The notes: generated by a model not told the origin, from the sequence alone. A DNA stretch of 64,000 nucleotides from an uncultured Chlorobiaceae bacterium (GCA_964484465.1 CAZAFL010000003.1:11731-75730), one strand, 5' to 3'. Shown: positions 28,718 through 37,957, counted from the first letter of the stretch. A program made the numbers and translations.

Positions 28718-29218
28718 ATGAAACAATTACCCATATTCTTCCTTCTTCTTGGTTTAACGGCGCCTGGATTGGCTGGCGAAAAAAAAGAGCTTACCTGGAC
28801 TAATTTTAATGATGGACTCGAACAGGCGAAGAAAAACGAAAAACACCTTCTCATCGACGTTTACACCAGTTGGTGCGGATGGTGTAAAAAAATGGACAAA
28901 GATGTCTACGGTAATGATTCAGTTGCGCAATATCTCAATCAACATTTTATCCTTGTGAAACTAGATGCAGAGTCACAGGAGAAAGTAACCTACAACGGCA
29001 AGCCCCTCACCGAACGAGCGCTTGCTGAATATTTCGGTGTCGCGGCATATCCGACCACAGTTTTCTTGGAATCCGACGGTAAACTTGTCTCCCCAGTCGA
29101 AGGCTACATCGAGGCAGAAACGTTTCTGGATGTTACTAAATTCATCGGTGAAAGCCTGTATAAAAAGATGACATGGAAAGAATACCAGTCAAAAACGGAA
29201 AATTCCATAAAAAAATAA
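28718..29218 (+). CDS. Periplasmic thioredoxin-fold protein (CxxC)
   Basis: Signal peptide MKQLPIFFLLLGLTAPGLAG and thioredoxin-like motif YTSWCGWCKKMDKDVY. Start trimmed to ATG 28718. Confidence 0.65.
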   Translation: MKQLPIFFLLLGLTAPGLAGEKKELTWTNFNDGLEQAKKNEKHLLIDVYTSWCGWCKKMDKDVYGNDSVAQYLNQHFILVKLDAESQEKVTYNGKPLTERALAEYFGVAAYPTTVFLESDGKLVSPVEGYIEAETFLDVTKFIGESLYKKMTWKEYQSKTENSIKK

Positions 29219-29242
29219 TATTATCTTTTTTTCGTCATGTTA

Positions 29243-29283
29243 AAATCTCGACTATTCCTTTTGTAGTTGAGATTTTTTTATTT
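29243..29283 (+). terminator. Intrinsic terminator at the end of the five-gene operon
   Basis: AATCTCGACT...AGTTGAGATT stem followed by TTTTTTTATTTT. Confidence 0.5.
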
Positions 29284-30339
29284 TCGACTATCCCAATCCG
29301 CTCTCTTGCTAAGTGCGGGGACGGCGTGCCCTGCACTTGTTACCATTCGTCGAAACGCTTCGACAACATCCCTGACGGGTAATTCCATCATACATTGATG
29401 CTCAATGGGACAGTGTAATAAATTACACACAAGGCAGGAAAGCTGTTCATTGCGTACCCACGAATGGAGATTGCCATAGGGCCCTTCCGGGAAGGTTGGA
29501 CCGTAAATACACAGTATGGGCACGTCAAAGGATGATGCGATATGCGTCGGTCCGGAATCATTCGCAATGATGGCTGTACATTGAGTCAACAAAGCGATAT
29601 TCCGGCTTAAGGATACGCGAGGGCCTAGTATCACTTTCGATTCGAGAGCTGTTGAAATTTCCCGTGCATCCTGTTCGTCTGTCGGACCCCACACAATAAG
29701 TCCCACAGCATTGAATTGCTCCACCAATGCCGATAGTATTTCCACAAATTTTACAGGCTCACACCGTTTTGAGGGCCACGAACCTGCCGGTAACACCCCA
29801 ATAATAAATCTATCTTTGAGATCATGTTCTTCAATAAATTTTCTTGCGAACTGCAGTTCATCCGCACTCAAAGAAAATTTCAGCCTTGGTGAATATGTTG
29901 GGGCGCCAAGAACGGGTAGTACCTGAAGGTTAACTTCAGCGCCGTGCAGTTGTTCCCGGCGGGCTTCACCCGTCATCGAATAAAGATATTTTCTCCATCC
30001 ATAATCCAAGCCGACACGGTACCGGGCGCCGCTGCAGAATGTGATAATTGCAGAGCGCGGGTTGCCGAACAGGTCTATCACAACATCATACTGCCGGCGG
30101 CGGACATTGAGGATAACACTGACAGGGTTTGTTTTATTTTTTTCTATTGCTATGATGGAATGAACGCGGGGGTCATGCGCAATAGCCTCCTGCCCGGCAC
30201 GTTCCACCAGATAATCAATTTCTGCATTCGGAAAATGCTGCCTCAAACTGTCGAGAACGATGGTCGAAAGAAAGACGTCACCAAGCCCGCCAAGTTTGAT
30301 GAGCAAAATCTTCCTGATTTCCTCTGCCTTTTCGATCAT
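29278..30339 (-). CDS. Family-9 glycosyltransferase (ADP-heptose:LPS heptosyltransferase-like)
   Basis: N-terminal ILLIKLGGLGDVFLSTIVLDSLRQHFPNAEIDYLV, typical of GT9 (WaaC/WaaF/RfaQ-like). Confidence 0.7.
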   Translation of the reverse strand: MIEKAEEIRKILLIKLGGLGDVFLSTIVLDSLRQHFPNAEIDYLVERAGQEAIAHDPRVHSIIAIEKNKTNPVSVILNVRRRQYDVVIDLFGNPRSAIITFCSGARYRVGLDYGWRKYLYSMTGEARREQLHGAEVNLQVLPVLGAPTYSPRLKFSLSADELQFARKFIEEHDLKDRFIIGVLPAGSWPSKRCEPVKFVEILSALVEQFNAVGLIVWGPTDEQDAREISTALESKVILGPRVSLSRNIALLTQCTAIIANDSGPTHIASSFDVPILCIYGPTFPEGPYGNLHSWVRNEQLSCLVCNLLHCPIEHQCMMELPVRDVVEAFRRMVTSAGHAVPALSKRADWDSRK

Positions 30340-31124
30340 CTCCTTTTACGAACCTTTCCTGTCCCCTCATGGATATGATCGAGCAGCATGAAATCATATT
30401 TGCCGTTGATTGAAGGATGTGACGGCATCTGCCGAAATCGTGACTTGCCGATGAATCGGCATTCTGTATAAAGAGGGCACTCACCGCAACGGGGACGGTC
30501 AGACCTGCAGATTTGTCTGCCGAAACGAATCAGATTCGTATGAAACGAATAAGATTTTTTTGCAGGAACGAGCTCCTTCATCCACTCATAGGTCTTTTCC
30601 GGCGTTTTACAATCCTGTGAAAGCCCAAGCCTTTCACAAATTCTGTGAACGTGCGTGTCAACAGGGAAAACATTTCTCCCGAGTGAGAATAATAGAACAC
30701 ATGCGACGGTCTTGGACCCGACTCCATCCAGAGAAAGCAGTATATCAGCGATTTCCACATCGGTTTTTGTCCTGAGAAAATTGAGGTCGAGTGTCCCGAA
30801 CCGCTGGTAAAGAGTTTTCAATATTCTTTTTATCCGTACACTTTTCTGATTTGCCATTCCACCCACCCTGATTGCTGTTGCAATTCTTCCCGTGGGAGCA
30901 GCGAGAACACCCGACCAGGCAGGGAACGTCTCTCTGAGTGAACAATACGCACGATGACTGTTTTTATCGTTCGTATTTTGTGAAAGGACGGTAGCGACAA
31001 GCATATCGAGCGGTTTTGCTTTTCGCTTTGGAGGAAGCGGAGTGCCCAAAAAGTGTTCCAGCTTTTTTATGACGCGTGAAGTCTTCTGTTTGCGCATCCT
31101 GAAGTCACGATCCATTGTTTTCAA
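30336..31124 (-). CDS. nth: Endonuclease III-family HhH-GPD DNA glycosylase with 4Fe-4S cluster loop
   Basis: HhH-GPD motif LLSLDGVGSKTVACVLLFSLG..FPVDTHVHR and C-x6-C-x2-C-x5-C (CRSDRPRCGECPLYTEC). 4-nt overlaps with both neighbouring genes. Confidence 0.7.
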   Translation of the reverse strand: MKTMDRDFRMRKQKTSRVIKKLEHFLGTPLPPKRKAKPLDMLVATVLSQNTNDKNSHRAYCSLRETFPAWSGVLAAPTGRIATAIRVGGMANQKSVRIKRILKTLYQRFGTLDLNFLRTKTDVEIADILLSLDGVGSKTVACVLLFSLGRNVFPVDTHVHRICERLGLSQDCKTPEKTYEWMKELVPAKKSYSFHTNLIRFGRQICRSDRPRCGECPLYTECRFIGKSRFRQMPSHPSINGKYDFMLLDHIHEGTGKVRKRR

Positions 31125-32527
31125 GCTTTAGCAGAAAAGTGCTCGAGCACTTCGAACGTCTCAGCGTCGTTTGTCGATTCGAAGAATACACGATGCATTC
31201 GTCTCACAACATCGTGGACTGCTGCGTCATCAACAAGAAAACTCAAATTTGAGGGAGTAGCACCAAACGATATCATTGAAACACCGATTCCCGCAATCGA
31301 TTCAAATACATTCCGGCTGACCTCGGGTGAATTCCGCATATCTGTCCCGACAACACTCACAATTCCCTTCCCTTCAATAAGTTCGACAACACTAATCTCT
31401 TCAAGTTCACGTTTGATCGACGGTATGTTGCCTGACTGTTCCAGGACAATAGATACATTATAATCCGACGTTACCGAGAGCGGACTGACGGCTCCGTATT
31501 TTGTGAGAATTCCGTAGATATGTTCCCAGAACGAATATTGGCTAAACCGTTTTTGCGGTACTGCATTGAGAATGACAACGTCTCGTTTAAATGCAATCGA
31601 TTTAACAATATTTCCTGTCGTCGCAGGATTTGCAGTGACAAGTGTACCGGAAAGGTTCGGCCGTTTCGAATTAAAGATATGGATAGGAATATTTTTCTCG
31701 ATCGCCGGCAACATCGTATTCGGGTGAAGTACCTTCGCGCCGAAAAATGAAAGTTCGAACGCCTCCCGGAATGAGAGCACTTTTACTTTTTTGGGGGAGG
31801 TTACGACGCGAGGATCCGCCGTCAGCACTCCGTCGACGTCCGTCCAGATCTGGACATCATCGACATGTAATCCGGCACCGATGACGGAGGCGGAATAGTC
31901 CGAACTCTCCCGACCCATCGTCGTCCTGACACCGGTCTGCGTTGCCCCGATAAATCCCTGTGTCACCGGTATCTTTCCCTCCTCCACAAGCGGCAGAACA
32001 AGCCTTTGCAATTGCTTTCTGACAATATCCATGATCGGCTTTGCCGAGTTATGGTGTTCATCTGTCACCATGAATTCCCTGGTATCGACCCATTCGGCAC
32101 TGATTCCCTGTTCCTGCAGGACCGCGGTCACGATGCGCGACGACAACAGTTCCCCGTAGCAGTAGAACGCATCCAGTGTGCGGGGAGTCAACTCGCGGAG
32201 GATGGAAACTCCCTTGATCAATTCCTCCAGTTCAGACAATGATCCTGCGATTGCCTTTCGCAGCGCCCCATGACGAAATTTGTCTTTGACAAGTTCATCC
32301 ACGATTGCAAAATGCCGGTCGAAGAGCTTTAGGAGTGTGTCTCGCGCCTCTCCCGGCTTACCCGCCGCCGCAAGCTTCCCCGCTCCCTCAAGATTGTTTG
32401 TCGCCTGCGCAATCGCTGAAATGACAAGAACGGGCTGCTGGGCGGATCGGGATTGCACGATGCGCGCAACATTCATCATTGCAGACGCATCCTGCGTCGA
32501 CGTCCCCCCAAATTTCATGACGATCAT
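31121..32527 (-). CDS. lysC: Aspartate kinase
   Basis: N-terminal MKFGGTS amino-acid-kinase signature and C-terminal ACT-like region. Start trimmed to MIVMKFGG. Confidence 0.75.
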   Translation of the reverse strand: MIVMKFGGTSTQDASAMMNVARIVQSRSAQQPVLVISAIAQATNNLEGAGKLAAAGKPGEARDTLLKLFDRHFAIVDELVKDKFRHGALRKAIAGSLSELEELIKGVSILRELTPRTLDAFYCYGELLSSRIVTAVLQEQGISAEWVDTREFMVTDEHHNSAKPIMDIVRKQLQRLVLPLVEEGKIPVTQGFIGATQTGVRTTMGRESSDYSASVIGAGLHVDDVQIWTDVDGVLTADPRVVTSPKKVKVLSFREAFELSFFGAKVLHPNTMLPAIEKNIPIHIFNSKRPNLSGTLVTANPATTGNIVKSIAFKRDVVILNAVPQKRFSQYSFWEHIYGILTKYGAVSPLSVTSDYNVSIVLEQSGNIPSIKRELEEISVVELIEGKGIVSVVGTDMRNSPEVSRNVFESIAGIGVSMISFGATPSNLSFLVDDAAVHDVVRRMHRVFFESTNDAETFEVLEHFSAKA

Positions 32528-32612
32528 ATACTCTTCCTCTTCCTCCAAAAATGATATTGATGCGAAAATATAACAAAGCCACTGTTGACTAGCAATTCCC
32601 AAAAACAAAAAT

Positions 32613-32637
32613 GCCTCTTATGAGAATCATAAGAGGC
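32613..32637 (-). terminator. Intrinsic terminator for the small ORF upstream of lysC
   Basis: Perfect 11-bp stem GCCTCTTATGA-gaa-TCATAAGAGGC, followed on the minus strand by ATTTTTGTTTTTGGG. Confidence 0.65.
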
Positions 32638-32665
32638 ACCATAGGAAATCCCGCAGAGAATTATC

Positions 32666-32800
32666 TCATCGAGAAGAATCCTCATGAAGAAATTTTTGTT
32701 TGCGCCGTTTGTTGATAATCACTACCAGATACACCAGCACAACCAAAATCACGACGCTGATAATGATGACATTTAATCCCAGAAATTCTACTTTTTCCAT
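32666..32800 (-). CDS. Unannotated 44-aa hydrophobic small protein (single TM plus basic tail); possible type-I-toxin-like or small membrane protein
   Basis: MEKVEFLGLNVIIISVVILVVLVYLVVIINKRRKQKFLHEDSSR. SD-like GAGAGGG 5 nt upstream. A near-consensus promoter sits about 100 nt upstream and a terminator lies just downstream. It is absent from the ORF track because it is short. Confidence 0.45.
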   Translation of the reverse strand: MEKVEFLGLNVIIISVVILVVLVYLVVIINKRRKQKFLHEDSSR

Positions 32801-32903
32801 GTGACCCTCTCTCTATATCGAAACCCCTTATCGCATGCTGCATCCATTGTACGAAACGGAAAGCGATTCGTTACATTTTATATTCCGGGAATTATTAAGA
32901 ATC

Positions 32904-32932
32904 TTTATACTAATTTAAATTCATATTTGCAA
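32904..32932 (-). promoter_or_regulatory. Sigma70-like promoter (TTGCAA-17 nt-TATAAA) driving the small ORF
   Basis: On the minus strand: TTGCAAatatgaatttaaattagTATAAA. Confidence 0.45.
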
Positions 32933-33071
32933 ACAAATTCCATCCGATGTGCATTGAATGCGAAATCAGCGGTATTACGCAAAAAATTTTCCCTCCAATA
33001 CTGTGACTATGGATCGATCAGGAACAACATGGCGAGACAAGAATCTCTCTCTTCCCGGATAACGCGGTAAA

Positions 33072-34436
33072 TCATCTGATAGAAGGATGTTTCTTGTAAC
33101 GGTCGATTTCCTGATAGAGCCGAGCATTTTCCAGCGCTACTGTCGCTGCTTCCGCAAAGGATTTGACAAGTAAGGCCTCTTCCTCAATAAATCCCGGGTC
33201 TCGGTTTCTTGACACGACGAGAACCCCGAAAAGGGCTCCCCGTCCCTTTAACGGAACGGCAATGAAATGTTCTTTTTCGGGGCGCATACCAGGAGGATAT
33301 CTTGACCGCGGGTCGTGGTGTGCATTGTTGACCATTACCATTTTTCCGGACTGTGCTGCCATGCCGATGATTCCTTCTCCCATTGGTAAGGGCAGTTTCG
33401 CCAGCTTTCTTGAGAAGACGGTTTGCTTCGACAGCGTGTGCGCAATCAGATTTTTCCGTTGCGGATCGTACGAATATATGCCGGCAAGGTCATGTTCCAC
33501 AAGTTTTTTAATTCCATTTGTTATCGCCTTAAATATCTGCGGGATATTCGCATTTTTGAGAACCAACAAGTTTACTTCCTCTAAGGTCTGAAGCCGTTGC
33601 GCTTTGCGTTGTATGTCCATGGTGAGCCGCTGCATCCGCTCATACGACCTGTGAAGCTCCTCAATATAGTGTATCTTTGAGTTCTGGCGGAGGGATATCA
33701 CAAAACGCCTCGTCGCACCGGACCGTGAGTGGAGTAAGTAAAGCGACAGGCTGACAACAACTTTGGATCCATCTCTGCGCCGCCAGCCAATGGTGTAGTT
33801 CCTCAACTTACCCTCCTTCGTAACTATCTTCAACCCTTTCCTGAGTTTCTCCGCATCAGCTTGATCCACCCACGGGTATGGAAGACTGGCTCCCACAATT
33901 TCGTCTTTTCGATAGCCAAGCAGTCTGCCGTGCGCTTCATTACACATGAGAATTTTGCCTTTGACGTCGGCTACAAAAATTGCATCTTCCATCGATTCAA
34001 TGACCGACTGCAGTTTTCCTTCAGACTCCCACACCCGTTGTTCGAGAAGCCTTCTATCCCGAAGATCATGACCGATTCCGATAGTACCTGCCGGCATTCC
34101 ACGTTCATCAAAAAAAACAAAAATTGTCGCGTCGGTGCAGAGGCTTGTACCGTCTTTTTTCCTTATCTCAATTTCACCTTCCCAGAAATCCTCCTCGTGA
34201 AGTGCTTTATAGATCCTCGCTGTATATTTTGAGCGGTTCCGGACATGATAGAGCAACGGAATCTTTTCACCGACAAGCTCTTTAACCTTATATCCGGTTT
34301 TCTCACACACTGACCGATTGGCAAACGATATCGTGCGCTCCCAGTCGGCAATGACAATAAGGTCGCGTGAATAGTTTGCAACCGCCCGAAGAAGATCGAA
34401 CTCGGCGATTGGAGTAGTAAGCTTTATTTTACTCAC
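33072..34436 (-). CDS. PAS-PAS-GAF sensor protein without a recognisable output domain
   Basis: Two PAS-like segments, a coiled-coil stretch, and a C-terminal GAF-like region (GEGIIGMAAQSGKMVMVNNAHHDPR..FIAVPLKGRGALFGVLVV). No kinase or HTH domain. Confidence 0.6.
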   Translation of the reverse strand: MSKIKLTTPIAEFDLLRAVANYSRDLIVIADWERTISFANRSVCEKTGYKVKELVGEKIPLLYHVRNRSKYTARIYKALHEEDFWEGEIEIRKKDGTSLCTDATIFVFFDERGMPAGTIGIGHDLRDRRLLEQRVWESEGKLQSVIESMEDAIFVADVKGKILMCNEAHGRLLGYRKDEIVGASLPYPWVDQADAEKLRKGLKIVTKEGKLRNYTIGWRRRDGSKVVVSLSLYLLHSRSGATRRFVISLRQNSKIHYIEELHRSYERMQRLTMDIQRKAQRLQTLEEVNLLVLKNANIPQIFKAITNGIKKLVEHDLAGIYSYDPQRKNLIAHTLSKQTVFSRKLAKLPLPMGEGIIGMAAQSGKMVMVNNAHHDPRSRYPPGMRPEKEHFIAVPLKGRGALFGVLVVSRNRDPGFIEEEALLVKSFAEAATVALENARLYQEIDRYKKHPSIR

Positions 34437-34569
34437 AGAAGTATTTAGCGGCTAGTATATATCGAAGGAACCCACGACAATAAAATATAACCATGGTAGT
34501 TGCAGGAAACACCGTCTCACTCTCCGATTTCTGAATTCGGGGAGCATAATATGCCTCTCATTACATTTC

Positions 34570-34872
34570 TTATTTTTTCTTACACTCTTTTCCCGTTGTC
34601 CCGGCAAGCGCCTCTTTCTTATGTGTGATCTGGGTCCCTATCGGCGCCTTTTCATAATTTATTGGGATCCAATTTTTCCATTGCTCGGGGACGTCTGCCT
34701 CGGCAAAAATCGCTTCCACCGGACATTCCGGGATGCAGGCGCCGCAATCGATGCATTCATCGGGATGGATATACAACATACGGTCATCTTCATAAAAACA
34801 ATCGACCGGACAGACCTCCACGCAATCGGTGAATTTACAATCAAAGCAAGGTTCACAGACAATATATGCCAT
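34570..34872 (-). CDS. 7Fe-type (Azotobacter-type) ferredoxin
   Basis: [25 protein letters not shown]...[16 protein letters not shown] (3Fe-4S plus 4Fe-4S cysteine pattern). Confidence 0.75.
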   Translation of the reverse strand: MAYIVCEPCFDCKFTDCVEVCPVDCFYEDDRMLYIHPDECIDCGACIPECPVEAIFAEADVPEQWKNWIPINYEKAPIGTQITHKKEALAGTTGKECKKK

Positions 34873-34973
34873 ATAATCCTCTCAAGACAGGGATAGCTAC
34901 AGTGTGGGATAAATATATGTAATGACTTATTTTAATATTGTCAAGTAATGAGGTCAAAAACAGTCCTGCAGGG

Positions 34974-35318
34974 CTATTTTTCACCTAATTCGTCAAGAAA
35001 CGCCACTGCACGTCGAAGATGCGGAATTACAATGGAACCTCCAACTGTTAAAGCAACGCTGAAAATATCAAACATCTCTTCATTCGTCACCCCTTCATTC
35101 TTGCATTGAATAATATGATAAGAAATACAATCATCACAACGAAGCACCATAGACGCCACAAGTCCGAGCATTTCCTTCGTGCGCGTGTCAAGTTTACCTG
35201 ACTCGTAAGTTAACGTATCGACACCAAAGAACCGCTTGATCGCACGATGATTAGCGTCAAGAATTCTCTTATTCATTTTTGAACGGAAGGATTGAAATTC
35301 TTGTACACGCTTACCCAT
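34974..35318 (-). CDS. Carboxymuconolactone decarboxylase (AhpD-like) family protein
   Basis: CMD-family core with CDDCISYHI (CxxC...H), 114 aa. Confidence 0.6.
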   Translation of the reverse strand: MGKRVQEFQSFRSKMNKRILDANHRAIKRFFGVDTLTYESGKLDTRTKEMLGLVASMVLRCDDCISYHIIQCKNEGVTNEEMFDIFSVALTVGGSIVIPHLRRAVAFLDELGEK

Positions 35319-35417
35319 AGTAGTTAATCCCTTTCATAAATGAGATAGGTGAGAAGGAAATTGTACAAACATTCTCCCAAAAAATAAAAAGCAGGCCGGG
35401 TTTAGCCGCTGCTTTTG

Positions 35418-35490
35418 TGGAGCTGAAGGGGATCGAACCCTCGACCTCGTGAATGCCATTCACGCGCTCTCCCAGCTGAGCTACAGCCCC
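35418..35490 (-). tRNA. tRNA-Ala (anticodon GGC)
   Basis: Minus-strand cloverleaf GGGGCTGTAGCTCAGCTGGGAGAGCGCGTGAATGGCATTCACGAGGTCGAGGGTTCGATCCCCTTCAGCTCCA. Anticodon loop is AUGGCAU and the G3:U70 alanine identity pair is present. CCA is not encoded. The overlapping ORF 35311..35607 is a translation artefact. Confidence 0.85.
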
Positions 35491-35731
35491 AGGATAATTC
35501 TTACTCCCCGATTGCCAATTCATAATTGACAAGGGACACTGGTAATTTCTCCTAGAATATACAAAACTTTGGGTGGTAAAACAAGGAGGAGTTGAAAAGA
35601 AGGCCACCTGTTACCCTTTATTTCCAAAATTAGTTTTTCTGTTTATATTGTGTTCATTAATCCGGGTATACATTATTTGATTTCTACAAGTGCGTTAAGA
35701 TGTTCATCAAGCAATCTATATTTTCCGAATA

Positions 35732-37261
35732 ATGGATAAAAAGGCTTTTCTCTTTTTTCTCTTCATCACCACCTGTTCATTCGCTCAACCCGGCGGACAT
35801 GCTCATCTTACTATACTCCACTGGAATGATTTTCATGCACAAAATTTTCCTTTTCAGGTCACCGACACGATATCCGGTAAAGAACCGCATACGTATCTTG
35901 TCGGCGGAACAGCTACGTTACTTGCGTACATCAATCAAATCAAACAAGGGTCTAACAACGTTGCTCTGTTGAATGCAGGAGATGATTTCCAGGGAACCCC
36001 CATTTCGACGCTAACATCCGGCCGTTCACAAATCGAGCTGATGAATCTCATTAACCCCGATGCTGTGACGCTTGGGAACCACGAATTTGATTATGGAAGC
36101 GACAGCCTTCGGGTCAATCTCAGCCGCGCTCACTATCCGGTGATCTGCGATAATATTATTACTTCCGGCTATGATTCAACACTCGGATTGCCGTACATAG
36201 TGAAGACGTTCGGCGACGTGGAACTCGGGATCATCGGATTGACCGCCCCTGATTTGGAAAGCCTTTCACTAAAGAACAACCTTGCCGGACTGCGTCTGCG
36301 AGATACGGACAGCTCGCTGAACATTACGCTCAGAATGATAAGAACACATTACCATCCGAATATCATTGTTCTGCTCAGCCATATGGGATTCGATAAAGAC
36401 ACGCTACTTGCATCCCGTCGGAATGATATCGACGTTATTGTAGGTGGTCATTCACATACCGCCCTTCGTTCTCCGTTCAAAAAAAATCGTACCATCATAG
36501 TGCAGGCAGGGTCCAGAGGTCAGTACCTCGGAAAACTCGACCTCGATGTCGACGTAAAAGGAGATTCAGTGTTCAATTATGCAGGCAAGCTTATTGAAAC
36601 AAAAAACGACAATATACCACCCGATCCTGTCGCAGAAAGAATCGTTAACGAATATGAAACTCTCGTCGAGTCAAAATTTGGGACAGTGATTGGCGTGCTT
36701 ACCACACCGTGGAAACGACAAGAAGGAAAAAAAACTGAAATTAATATCGGGAATTTCGAATGCGATGCAATGAGATATGCTGCAAAAACCGATATCGCAT
36801 TCCACAACGTTGGAGGGATTCGCAAAGACCTCGACAACGGCGTTATCAAAATTCGCGACATCTGGGAGATCAACCCATTCGGCAATACGTTGGTGACGTT
36901 CTCCGTCGATGGCTCAACATTGCGCACTATGATGGAGTGGCAGGCAGGTGTTGCTCCGAGAGAATTCGCACAGGTTGGAGGGTTGCATTACAAATATGAC
37001 GCAACGAAACCGGCGGGGAAAAAATTACTTTCGGTGGAGGTCGACAATCGGCCATGCATCGACACTGCGTTGTATTCGATATGTACAAATAATTTTATCG
37101 GAAGCCATTTGTATGATTTTTTCGGACTGCGTGAAGGCTCTGTAAACGTGACCGACACCGGAATGGTTGACCGCGATATCATTATTGATTACATTAAGAT
37201 TAAGAAGAACATTTCGTCTGTCATTGAAGGCAGGATTATTGATGTTTCTTCCCAAAAATAA
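35732..37261 (+). CDS. 5'-nucleotidase/UDP-sugar hydrolase family metallophosphoesterase
   Basis: Signal peptide; calcineurin-like motifs ILHWNDFH, GDDF, GNHEFD; C-terminal 5'-nucleotidase substrate-binding domain. Confidence 0.75.
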   Translation: MDKKAFLFFLFITTCSFAQPGGHAHLTILHWNDFHAQNFPFQVTDTISGKEPHTYLVGGTATLLAYINQIKQGSNNVALLNAGDDFQGTPISTLTSGRSQIELMNLINPDAVTLGNHEFDYGSDSLRVNLSRAHYPVICDNIITSGYDSTLGLPYIVKTFGDVELGIIGLTAPDLESLSLKNNLAGLRLRDTDSSLNITLRMIRTHYHPNIIVLLSHMGFDKDTLLASRRNDIDVIVGGHSHTALRSPFKKNRTIIVQAGSRGQYLGKLDLDVDVKGDSVFNYAGKLIETKNDNIPPDPVAERIVNEYETLVESKFGTVIGVLTTPWKRQEGKKTEINIGNFECDAMRYAAKTDIAFHNVGGIRKDLDNGVIKIRDIWEINPFGNTLVTFSVDGSTLRTMMEWQAGVAPREFAQVGGLHYKYDATKPAGKKLLSVEVDNRPCIDTALYSICTNNFIGSHLYDFFGLREGSVNVTDTGMVDRDIIIDYIKIKKNISSVIEGRIIDVSSQK

Positions 37262-37282
37262 ATTTCGAATACCGACTGAGTC

Positions 37283-37957
37283 TTGAGAAATATTGGTGAA
37301 GCGTTTTCATTCCCGTTTAAGGACCCGGACTGGGTCAGCAAATTCCTCAAGGGAGGAGCATTCATTTTTCTTTCCTTCTTTATCATTGGAATCCCGGTAG
37401 TCTTTGGTTATGACACTGAACTCGTTCAACGCGTCCGGCGTGGAGACCAACACCCATTACCCGAATGGAATGAACCGGGAGTGAAATTTATTCTTGGAAT
37501 CAAATATCTCACGGTCTTGTTCATATACCATATACCGTTGATATTCATCATATTCCCGACATGGATTCTCATCATCATCACTTCTCTTCATGGAGTACAC
37601 ATCACCTCAATCGTTAGTACAGCGGCGGTAGTGTTTGGGGTTTTCACAGTTGTTATTCCATATGTATTGTTCATTAATCTCCTTACGCCGATTATTTCGG
37701 CTAAGTTTGCTGAGCGTGAACGCATTGCGGACGCTGTACAGGTGGGTACAATCCTTCACTTGTTCAAAACACATTGGCGGGACTGTCTTGCGGCAACTCT
37801 TATTTCTGTTGTTACCGGGATATTCGCTGCAGTAGGAATAATCTTCTTCATTATCGGAATTTTGTTTACCACATTTTATGCTTCACTCATCCGGTTTCAT
37901 CTCTACGGTCAAATTGCACAATGTATAAAACAATCGCCCGACTACAACACTCCTTGA
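37283..37957 (+). CDS. Membrane protein, DUF4013-like
   Basis: N-terminal FSFPFKDPDWVSKFLKGGAFIFL...IPVVFGY resembles the DUF4013 signature. 4-5 TM segments. Confidence 0.45.
   Translation: MRNIGEAFSFPFKDPDWVSKFLKGGAFIFLSFFIIGIPVVFGYDTELVQRVRRGDQHPLPEWNEPGVKFILGIKYLTVLFIYHIPLIFIIFPTWILIIITSLHGVHITSIVSTAAVVFGVFTVVIPYVLFINLLTPIISAKFAERERIADAVQVGTILHLFKTHWRDCLAATLISVVTGIFAAVGIIFFIIGILFTTFYASLIRFHLYGQIAQCIKQSPDYNTP

Noticed and set aside
32609-33071. Lysine riboswitch (L-box) in the long leader upstream of lysC
   Set aside because: No GAGGCGC/L-box-like conserved segments were found on the minus strand. The region is better explained by a small ORF with its own promoter and terminator.
35311-35607. 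98-aa minus-strand ORF
   Set aside because: It is an artefact of translating through the tRNA-Ala gene (..AVAQLGERVNGIHEVEGSIPFSS..).
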